The position numbers and the translations under genes were made by a program. The notes beneath the pieces were generated by a model that was not told where the DNA came from, did no database searches, and saw only the letters and a program-made list of their open reading frames with translations. From the NCBI GenBank assembly GCA_963677895.2, contig CAXXGJ010000006.1, positions 64,001 through 128,000 of the forward strand: DNA of 64,000 nucleotides, written 5' to 3'. This DNA is from Treponemataceae bacterium (GTDB lineage Bacteria; Spirochaetota; Spirochaetia; Treponematales; Rectinemataceae). Positions 48,736 to 56,216 of this stretch are shown piece after piece. Numbering within the stretch: position 1 is the first letter of the stretch; every line of letters begins with the position of its first letter.

Positions 48736-50577
48736 TCACGAGTTCGAAAGGACGCCGGAGAGGCCGAGTTCCTTCATTTTTTCCTTTGTCGGGACTCCGT
48801 CTTTCGTCCAGCCCCGCAGCGCGTAGTATCGGTCCAGGGAGGCTTCGAAGTCGGCGGGGAGGTTCTGGCCGGCCCCGCCGCCCTTGGGTTCGGAGAGGAT
48901 GCGCTTGGGCAGGCGGTCGTCCTTACGGCTGACGCCCCGCGTCACGTTGTAAAGGCGCTTGAGGTTGAAGATGCGCTCGCCGGCTTTGAGGAACTCGTCC
49001 AGGCTCATGCCCCAGCCGGTGGCCGCGTTGATCCACTGGAAGGCCTGGGTGGCGCTGTTGCCTCCGCCGATGGAGAATTTGCATAGCTTGAGGCTGTCCA
49101 CGAGGCTCATGAAGTTCTGGGTGGCGATGACGAGTTCGGGTTTCCGTTCATTGCCGAAGCGGTCCTGGGGGGTGTCGAAGCCTTCCTCCGGGAATGCGAG
49201 TTTGCGTTCGTAGTTGTAGCTCATGCCCTGGAGGTGGCAGGCGCCGCGGTTGGAGGTGGCGTAGGAGAGGGCCATGCTGTTGAAGGCCCTGGGGTCGTGG
49301 CCGGGGAATTCCAGGCCTTTGACGTGGACGGCGTAGTCGGGGCTGCCGAGCCTGAGGCTGGTCTTGGCCACGCCTTCGCCGAGGAGGGCTCCGATGCCCG
49401 TTTTCGTGCCGATGAGGTCGATGAGTTCGACGAGGGCCTTGCCGCTGCCCCAGGTCGGGACAACGCCCGAGAGGTCCTGTCCCCGGATCTGGCCTTTTTC
49501 GTAGGCTTCCATGAGGAAAGCTATGGCGCTGCCGGCCGAGATGGTGTCGATGCCGTAGCGGTTGGCTTTCTCGTTGGCGGTTAGGATGGCTTCTATGTCG
49601 TCGATCATGCAGTTGGCGCCGAGGAGGGAGAGGGTTTCGTATTCGGGGCCTCCGCCGAGGCTGCCGTCGGAGAGTTCGACGACGCGGCCGCAGCCGATGG
49701 GGCACATAGTGCAGAAGAAGCGTTTTTTGAGGCGGCCCGATTCGGTCATCCTCTGGCCTGAGATGGCGGCGATGTCGAGGTCGGCGGCGCCCAGGGCCCA
49801 GTTCTTTACGGGCACGTCGCCCATGTCATAGAAGCCGCCGAGGGAGCCTGCCGTGCCGAATTTGCCCATGGCTTCCGTGGCGGCTGCCATTTTCCTGGCC
49901 ACCTCGCGGGAGGCCAAGCCGAGAGCGGCGGCGTCGTGGATCCTGCGCGGCGCCTTGCCAGAGGGGGCGGCGACCACGGTCTTGAGTTTCTTGGAGCCCA
50001 TGACGGCCCCGAGGCCGCAGCGGCCTGCCATGCGGGCGTCCCTTCCGTCATGGGCGACGCAGGCGATGCTCACCATGCGTTCGCCCGCTACGCCGATGCA
50101 GGCGGTTTCGGAGCCGGGGTATTTCGCGCCGTAGTGGTCGTAGGCGGCGAAAGTATCGAGGCCCCAGACGGCGGCCGCGTCTTCGACGCGGCCGCCCGCC
50201 TCGGTGACCACGAGGGACACGGGCTTGTCGGAGGCGCCGGATATGACGAGAAAATCGAAGCCCGTGTTCCGGAAGACCGAGCCCCAGGCGCCGCCCACGT
50301 CAGACTCGGCGAAGAGGCCGGTCAAAGGCGAGAGGGCCGCCACCTCGTGCCGCCCCGAGGTGGGAGCTGAGGTGCCGCAGAGAGGCCCCAAGGCAAAGAC
50401 GAGGGGATTGGCCGGGTCGAGGGGACCTATGCCGGCCGGCGCCTGGCGGGAAAAGAGCCATGCCGCGACGCCCGAGCCGCCGATGAAGGAGCGAAGCAGC
50501 GGTTCCTCGAGGACTTCCACCGTCGAAGCTCCCGTCGAAAGATCCACGAAAAGCGCTTTTCCGTACGCTATGTCCAT
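48736..50577 (-). CDS. Aldehyde:ferredoxin oxidoreductase family (W/Mo-pterin)
   Basis: SPLTG, GRCGLGAVMGSKKLK, C..CPIGC, GPEYET, GIDTIS, VKGLE.PGHDPR, RGACH, D.LP.R; start MDIAYGK at 50577. Confidence 0.92.
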   Translation of the reverse strand: MDIAYGKALFVDLSTGASTVEVLEEPLLRSFIGGSGVAAWLFSRQAPAGIGPLDPANPLVFALGPLCGTSAPTSGRHEVAALSPLTGLFAESDVGGAWGSVFRNTGFDFLVISGASDKPVSLVVTEAGGRVEDAAAVWGLDTFAAYDHYGAKYPGSETACIGVAGERMVSIACVAHDGRDARMAGRCGLGAVMGSKKLKTVVAAPSGKAPRRIHDAAALGLASREVARKMAAATEAMGKFGTAGSLGGFYDMGDVPVKNWALGAADLDIAAISGQRMTESGRLKKRFFCTMCPIGCGRVVELSDGSLGGGPEYETLSLLGANCMIDDIEAILTANEKANRYGIDTISAGSAIAFLMEAYEKGQIRGQDLSGVVPTWGSGKALVELIDLIGTKTGIGALLGEGVAKTSLRLGSPDYAVHVKGLEFPGHDPRAFNSMALSYATSNRGACHLQGMSYNYERKLAFPEEGFDTPQDRFGNERKPELVIATQNFMSLVDSLKLCKFSIGGGNSATQAFQWINAATGWGMSLDEFLKAGERIFNLKRLYNVTRGVSRKDDRLPKRILSEPKGGGAGQNLPADFEASLDRYYALRGWTKDGVPTKEKMKELGLSGVLSNS

Positions 50578-50587
50578 TTTCGGCTCC

Positions 50588-51562
50588 TCATTCCCCGAGG
50601 GGTTCGATCTCGGCGCTCTTACGCGCCGCCCGGGGGTTTTTCTGCGAAAGCATATACAGAGTGACCGTCGCCATGACGACGAAAGCCCCGAATCCCTGCG
50701 TGAAGGAGCTGATCCCCTCCCCCAGCAGTATCCAGGAAAAGGCAATGGTGCTGGTGAGCCGCCAGGCCTGTATGGTCGAGTAGGTGGCGGCGCCCAGATG
50801 TTTTACCGCGTTGTTCTGAAGGATCGTGCCCAGGAGAAGGACGAGGATGGCGAAGGCCAGGGCGGCCGCTATGCCCGAGAGAGGCAGGGAAAGCCAGGGT
50901 CTCCAGTCTTCGCCGAGGCTGACGCTGCCCGCCGTCATGAATAGGGCCAGGGAGCCGAACTGCGCGAAGGCGAGGGTTTCCGACGAAGCGCCTTTTTTCG
51001 CCGCGTGTTTGATGGAGAGCATGAGGAAGGCGAGGAGGATGCCGCCCAACACCGAAAGGCCGATGCCGATCCAGTTGGCGACGGGGTCCAGCTTCGCCGA
51101 GGAGCCTGAGTTCGAGGCGCCGAAGATCATGAGCAGGGATCCCGCGAGGGAAAAGCAGAGCGCGAGGAGGGTATACTTCGGCAGGGTTTCCTTGAGGAAG
51201 GTCTTGCTGAGAAAGGCCACGATGAAGGGCGCGAGGAGGGAGAAAAGCTGGACGTTGGTGGCGTAGGTCAGGCGGGCGGCGTAGAGGTTGAGCAAGCCGC
51301 GCGACACGACGATGAAGATGAAGCCGAGGAGTTCCTTGAGGCCGATGGTCTTCATGTCGATATTGCGGAACATCATCGCGAGAAGAATGGTCATGGCCAG
51401 GATGTTGGTCACGGCCGAGAGGCTCATGGTGCCTATGTGGTGGCTGTTCTGAAGGTAGCGGGCGAGGACGGGATAGCCGCCCCAGGCCGTGTGGGAGATA
51501 ATGGCGAAGATGACCCAAGCGGTCTTGGGGGTCGCGGAAGCTTGGGCGTGATTTCTGTTCAA
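50588..51562 (-). CDS. DMT/EamA-family transporter
   Basis: Ten-TM repeat pattern, AWG, P...A.L...FLKE, ILLGE; likely TTG start at 51562. Confidence 0.85.
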   Translation of the reverse strand: MNRNHAQASATPKTAWVIFAIISHTAWGGYPVLARYLQNSHHIGTMSLSAVTNILAMTILLAMMFRNIDMKTIGLKELLGFIFIVVSRGLLNLYAARLTYATNVQLFSLLAPFIVAFLSKTFLKETLPKYTLLALCFSLAGSLLMIFGASNSGSSAKLDPVANWIGIGLSVLGGILLAFLMLSIKHAAKKGASSETLAFAQFGSLALFMTAGSVSLGEDWRPWLSLPLSGIAAALAFAILVLLLGTILQNNAVKHLGAATYSTIQAWRLTSTIAFSWILLGEGISSFTQGFGAFVVMATVTLYMLSQKNPRAARKSAEIEPLGE

Positions 51563-51610
51563 TTGTGCATACCTATGTACATATATCTCACCTATTAGTC
51601 CAGCTGTCAA
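51556..51610 (-). promoter_or_regulatory. Promoter with operator-like motif upstream of eamA-AOR
   Basis: TTGACA-N23-TGTACA-N6-TGCACA-N2-TGAACA, the same geometry as at 48640-48694. Confidence 0.65.
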
Positions 51611-51678
51611 GTTTATCTTTTTTTGAGAAGAAAGATAGAACAAGCAATAATCAGATACTAGTTTAGCTTTTTTGATTT

Positions 51679-51978
51679 TTAGCTGAATGCATTTATTTTA
51701 TCGAGTTCGGTTCCAATCTTTTTTTTGGTTTCTCGTATTTCCAGCTCATTCTGAAGATTGAGCCAAAACTTATACGAGTTCCCGAAAAACTTTGATAGAC
51801 GCAATGCCATCTCAACAGTAATTTTTCTCTTGTTATGCAGCAGGTCCAGTACTGTGCTTGTCGATACTTTTAGTTCTTTAGATAGCCTATATGGAGTAAT
51901 ACCGAGGGGCTCAAGGAATTCTTCTCGTATGATTTCTCCTATTGTAGGTGTTTCGATATATTCCTTCGTCATATTCAT
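51679..51978 (-). CDS. higA: HigA-family antitoxin (XRE HTH)
   Basis: GEI.REEFLEPLGIT.Y.L, KR.IT.EMALRLSKFFG.S..FWLNLQ. Confidence 0.9.
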   Translation of the reverse strand: MNMTKEYIETPTIGEIIREEFLEPLGITPYRLSKELKVSTSTVLDLLHNKRKITVEMALRLSKFFGNSYKFWLNLQNELEIRETKKKIGTELDKINAFS

Positions 51979-51985
51979 CTTCTCC

Positions 51986-52018
51986 TTAATGATAGTCGAC
52001 AATAGATACCTCTTCAAT
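51986..52018 (-). pseudogene. C-terminal relic of a HigB toxin
   Basis: IEEVSIVDYH* directly upstream of the higA RBS matches the conserved V.I.DYH end of HigB. Confidence 0.6.
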
Positions 52019-52042
52019 CGTGTAAATCCTGTATGACTTCCA

Positions 52043-52080
52043 TAAAAAGAAGGCCGCCCGCGCTTTCGCGTGGGCGGCCT
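52043..52080 (-). terminator. Rho-independent terminator
   Basis: aggccgcccacgc-gaaa-gcgcgggcggcct followed by tctttttat on the minus strand. Confidence 0.8.
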
Positions 52081-52105
52081 GTCGATGATGGCAAGGAGTC
52101 AGCGG

Positions 52106-52663
52106 TTATTTGCCGCTCTTGCCGTTACCATTGTTGTTACCGTTGCTTTCGCCGTCGCTGTCGTCGCCTTCATCGTCATTGTCGTTCTCGCCTTTGCCCT
52201 TGCCGCCGGCGCTGTTTTCGCGCTCCTGCTTCATTTCCTTGAAGATTTTGCCCTGGTGGTCGCCCCATTTCAGTTTGAGGGCATGGAACTCGGCCGATCC
52301 GGGGGTTATGCCGATGGTCTGGGCGAGGATGCCCCAGCCGTGGCCTTCCACGCCGTCCGCCAGAAGAATGGCTTCGGCGAGGGGTTTTTCGGTGGCCTGG
52401 GAGATTTCCAGGGCCAGCCAGATTTCGCCGGGCGCGTAACCTTGGGTGGAGAGGTCTTGGAGGACGAGGATATCGACGTTGAATTCCACGCTTAGCTTGA
52501 TGAGAAGTCCTTCCAGGTCCTCTTCTCCGGCTTCATTGACCAGCGAGAGTTCCTCGTCGAGATCGTCGTCTTCGCCCGTGGTCTGGGCCGAAAGACCCAT
52601 GGCCGCTATGAATGAAAATGCCAGTATCGCCAACAGGGCGATGATTTTTTTGTTTTTCCGCAT
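52106..52663 (-). CDS. Secreted hypothetical protein with a GWG.LA..LGI.PGS.EFHALK motif and G/N/K/D-rich tail
   Basis: RBS ggagg and ATG at 52663; signal peptide; low-complexity tail. Confidence 0.75.
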   Translation of the reverse strand: MRKNKKIIALLAILAFSFIAAMGLSAQTTGEDDDLDEELSLVNEAGEEDLEGLLIKLSVEFNVDILVLQDLSTQGYAPGEIWLALEISQATEKPLAEAILLADGVEGHGWGILAQTIGITPGSAEFHALKLKWGDHQGKIFKEMKQERENSAGGKGKGENDNDDEGDDSDGESNGNNNGNGKSGK

Positions 52664-52781
52664 TCTATACCTCCGTTTCCCTTTTTCGAGGGAGTCTATG
52701 GGTGGATACGCGCCCAGGCCGCGCGTGGTTGCAGGAATTGGTTCTGGCATGAAGGCCTCGTCTTGGGTATACTTCGTCCAT

Positions 52782-53369
52782 ATGACCGGTGAGTTGCGCA
52801 ACAATGACAGCGAGGTGGTGGCCAGAGTTCTCTCGGGCGACCGGGAGGCCTACCGCATCCTCGTGGATAAATATGGAAGCAGGGTTTTCGCGTTCTGCCG
52901 GTCCAGGATGAGATCCGACGAGGATGCCCGCGACGCCGCCCAGGATGTTTTCATCAGGGCTTTCAACTCGCTGGCTTCCTTCAGGCAGGGGGAAAGTTTC
53001 CCGGCCTGGCTCTTCGCTATCGCGGGCAATCACGTGCGCACGCGATTCCGCGTTTTTTCTTCGGAGCGGCGCAAGACCGAGGCGGCCGGCATGATGGCGG
53101 CGACCGCGGCTCCCGCCGATCCGGCCGAGGATGTGGAACGGAAGTTGAGCGGGGAGGCGCTGCGACGCGCGGTTTCCGCCTTGCCTGTCGAGCTGCGCTG
53201 GCCGGTGGAGTTCTATTATTTCGCCGAGTTGTCGGTGGCGGAAACCGCGCGCGTCCTGGGCCTGGGCGATGAGGCGGTAAAGACGAGGCTGTTCCGGGCG
53301 CGCAAGGCACTGCGCCTATTATTGGAAGATGAGCAACCGAAAAGCGTTTCGCGAGGTATAGCTTTATGA
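52782..53369 (+). CDS. ECF RNA polymerase sigma factor
   Basis: D..VV..V..GD..A...LV..Y, DA.D..Q.VF, F..WL..IA.N, LS..E.A..LG......KTRL.RAR. Confidence 0.92.
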   Translation: MTGELRNNDSEVVARVLSGDREAYRILVDKYGSRVFAFCRSRMRSDEDARDAAQDVFIRAFNSLASFRQGESFPAWLFAIAGNHVRTRFRVFSSERRKTEAAGMMAATAAPADPAEDVERKLSGEALRRAVSALPVELRWPVEFYYFAELSVAETARVLGLGDEAVKTRLFRARKALRLLLEDEQPKSVSRGIAL

Positions 53370-53986
53370 TGAAATGTGAAGATGTTCGTTCCTTCGTCGA
53401 CGCGTGGGAAGAAGGCAGAAAGACGCTCGACGATCCGGAAGAATTCCGGGCGCACCTCGACGGATGCCGCGAATGTTCGCGGCGCTTCGGCGCGCTGCTG
53501 CCTTTGATGATGAGGGACGCCGATATATCCGGCATCGCGGCGCCGCCGGATGGCTTGACCGATTCCGTGATGAACGCCATCGGCGGCGTCCGCGGCAATA
53601 GCGGCAGCGTCGGCCGCGGACGGTTTGCCTTTGCCGCAAGGCCGGTCCTCGCGGCCGCCGCGGCGGCTATTTTCGTCGTCGGCCTGGGGCTCGGCGTCTT
53701 CTTCACGAAGCTGGACAGGGAGAACGTCACCGTCAGGTTCGTGCTGAGCGCTCCCGAGGCCAGTTCCGTATATCTGGCCGGGGACTTCAATTCCTGGAAC
53801 GGCGAGCGTTACCAGCTCAAGCGCGCCGGATCCGACGGCTTGTGGGAGATCATGGTCCCCTTAAGGAAAGGAAAGGTTTACGTCTACAATTTCATTCTCG
53901 ACGGCACCACGTGGATCGCCGATCCTCAGGTTCCGGCGAAGATAGACGATGGATTCGGAGGCTCGGGGAGCCTCCTGAGGTTATAA
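53366..53986 (+). CDS. Anti-sigma factor: zinc finger (HxxxCxxC), TM helix and CBM48/AMPK-type glycogen-binding domain
   Basis: HLDGCREC; hydrophobic TM; VRF...APEA.SV.LAGDFN.W, G.W, Y.F..DG..W..DP....DDGFGG. Confidence 0.85.
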   Translation: MMKCEDVRSFVDAWEEGRKTLDDPEEFRAHLDGCRECSRRFGALLPLMMRDADISGIAAPPDGLTDSVMNAIGGVRGNSGSVGRGRFAFAARPVLAAAAAAIFVVGLGLGVFFTKLDRENVTVRFVLSAPEASSVYLAGDFNSWNGERYQLKRAGSDGLWEIMVPLRKGKVYVYNFILDGTTWIADPQVPAKIDDGFGGSGSLLRL

Positions 53987-53991
53987 AAAGT

Positions 53992-54804
53992 ATGAAAAAG
54001 CCCGTATACCGAAAAGTCGCTCACCTTATTCTCGCGTTGTCTCTCGTCCTCCTGTTTCCCCTCAATGCGGCGGCGCAGGATTTACAGGCTTGGTTCAGCA
54101 AACCGGCCAATCAGGCGGCCTATGGCGCCATCGCGGCGGAAACGCGGATTCTGGCCGAGGCTATCCAGGGGGCTTCCCTCTCCGATTCCCTCATAGCGGC
54201 GAGACTTGAGGAAGCCGCAAAAAAGCGCATCCCGGCAAACGTGCTTCTCGCGACCCTAAGGGACGATACGGCGCGTTACCTCATCGTTTCAGACGTCCTG
54301 CGGCTCCGGGGGCTTCTGCCCGATAACGAAAATCAGGCGACGGCCATGGTTGAGCAGGTGGCGCTTCTCCTCAGGGCGGGAATCGACCGGACCGAGCTCG
54401 ACGCCACGCTCGACGCGGCGGTTTCCAAGCTGGGCATGAAGGCCGGCGGCAAAACCGCCGTCACGCGGACGGTGGCCGCCCTTTCGGTAGTCGCCAACGC
54501 GCAGGTCGAATACGGCATGAGCAAGGAAGAAAGTCTCCTTCTCGCCATGGCTCTCGTGGAAAGCAAGCTGTCGGACAAAAAACTGGATTCGGTCCTCGAT
54601 GCCATAAAGAAGACCATGGCCAAGGGCGGCACGATCGGCGAGGCGCTGGACTCGGTGATCGAGAAGGAATTGAATTTGAAGGCCATAGAAGCCAAGTCCA
54701 AGACGAAGGCCGAGGAAAATACCAAGGAAAAGTCCAATCAGGGAAAATCCGAAGACAGGGGCAATTCGGACGGAAGCACGGGCAACGGCAATAGTAAAAA
54801 ATAG
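53992..54804 (+). CDS. Secreted hypothetical protein
   Basis: ATG at 53992 just after the anti-sigma stop; signal peptide ending AAA-Q; G/N/K-rich tail. Confidence 0.7.
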   Translation: MKKPVYRKVAHLILALSLVLLFPLNAAAQDLQAWFSKPANQAAYGAIAAETRILAEAIQGASLSDSLIAARLEEAAKKRIPANVLLATLRDDTARYLIVSDVLRLRGLLPDNENQATAMVEQVALLLRAGIDRTELDATLDAAVSKLGMKAGGKTAVTRTVAALSVVANAQVEYGMSKEESLLLAMALVESKLSDKKLDSVLDAIKKTMAKGGTIGEALDSVIEKELNLKAIEAKSKTKAEENTKEKSNQGKSEDRGNSDGSTGNGNSKK

Positions 54805-55020
54805 CCTTTCGGCATGGCTGAAGGCCAGCCGCCGCGCTCTAGTTGAACAAATGCAGCCAATGCGCTATACTGCAAGAAATTCACCGATTGGCGTCGCATG
54901 AATCGTTTATACCTTGTATAATTCGAACGCCATCGTTTTGAGCTCGCATCGGCCATCCAGTATGGCTCCGATCTTGATTGACCAGGTTCATGCTGTTCAA
55001 GCAAACATATAGGATCTTCA

Positions 55021-56142
55021 TTGAATTTCTCATCATTCTCATTCGACAAAACCATCGCGTCCAACATAGCCCAAGCCGGCTATGAAACCCCGACCCCTAT
55101 CCAGGAAAAGACGATTCCCGCCATTCTCGAGGGCAAGGATGTGCTTGGGCTCGCGCAGACCGGCACGGGCAAAACGGCCGCTTTCGCCCTCCCCATCCTC
55201 CAGCGTCTCATGGGCGGAGAGCGCTGCGTGCGCCGCGCGCTCATCATTTCGCCAACCAGGGAGCTTGCCCAACAAACCCATACGACTTTTGAATCATTGG
55301 GCAAGGGCACGGGCTTCAGGAGCATGAGCATTTATGGCGGGGTGACGGCCAAATCCCAGATAAAAACGCTTAAAAACATCATGCCGGAGATCGTCGTCGC
55401 CTGTCCCGGCCGTCTTCTGGACCTCATGGGCCAGGGTTTCGTGGATCTGCGCTCGATCGAGATTCTCGTCCTGGACGAGGCCGACCAGATGTTCGACATG
55501 GGCTTCCTGCCTTCGATCAAGAAGATCATCCAGGCCCTGCCCAGGAATCACCAGACCTTGCTCTTCTCCGCGACGCTTCCTTCGGAGATAAGGACGCTGG
55601 CCAGGCAGTTCCAGAACGATCCGGTGCGTGTGGAGATCGGGAATTCCAAGCCGGTCGAAACCGTGAGCCATTTCGTAAGCCCGGTGAGCCAGGCCGACAA
55701 GTACGAGGCTTTGCGATCGGTGCTGTCCACGGGGACCACGGGTCAGACGCTCATTTTCACGAGGACGAAGCATAGGGCGAAGAAGCTGGCCCTGCAGCTG
55801 ACGAGCGCCGGCTACGGCGCCACGTCGATCCAGGGGAATCTTTCCCAGGGGCAGAGGGAAAAGGCCATGTCCAGTTTCCGCTCCGGCAGGGCCAAGATCA
55901 TGGTGGCCACCGATATCGCGGCGCGCGGCATCGATATTTCCCAGATTTCCCAGGTCATCAATTTCGATATTCCCGACACTCCCGAGGCTTACACCCACAG
56001 GATCGGCAGGACCGGCCGCATGCTGCACAAGGGCGTGGCGCTGACCTTCGTCACTCCCGAGGACAAGCAGATTCTGCGCTCGATCGAGCGCTTCATCGGC
56101 GCCCCGATCGCGCAGATGGCCATAGCCAGGCTGGCGATATAG
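55021..56142 (+). CDS. DEAD-box RNA helicase (RhlE-like, short C-terminus)
   Basis: PTPIQ, AQTGTGKT, PTRELA, DEAD, SAT, ARGID, HRIGRTGR. Confidence 0.95.
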   Translation: MNFSSFSFDKTIASNIAQAGYETPTPIQEKTIPAILEGKDVLGLAQTGTGKTAAFALPILQRLMGGERCVRRALIISPTRELAQQTHTTFESLGKGTGFRSMSIYGGVTAKSQIKTLKNIMPEIVVACPGRLLDLMGQGFVDLRSIEILVLDEADQMFDMGFLPSIKKIIQALPRNHQTLLFSATLPSEIRTLARQFQNDPVRVEIGNSKPVETVSHFVSPVSQADKYEALRSVLSTGTTGQTLIFTRTKHRAKKLALQLTSAGYGATSIQGNLSQGQREKAMSSFRSGRAKIMVATDIAARGIDISQISQVINFDIPDTPEAYTHRIGRTGRMLHKGVALTFVTPEDKQILRSIERFIGAPIAQMAIARLAI

Positions 56143-56173
56143 TTTCTCTTCCCCGATAGGGGATGCGCCTGAA

Positions 56174-56215
56174 GGGCGGCCGGCTCCATCTTCGATGGGG
56201 CCGGCCGCTCTTTTT
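56174..56215 (+). terminator. Rho-independent terminator between convergent genes
   Basis: gggcggccggctccatc-ttc-gatggggccggccgctc followed by ttttt. Confidence 0.85.
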
Positions 56216-56216
56216 G

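Noticed and set aside
41076..48826. Several 300-470 aa plus-strand ORFs opposite the mtn/ABC operon
   Set aside because: Antisense shadows caused by high third-position GC; they fully overlap well-supported genes.
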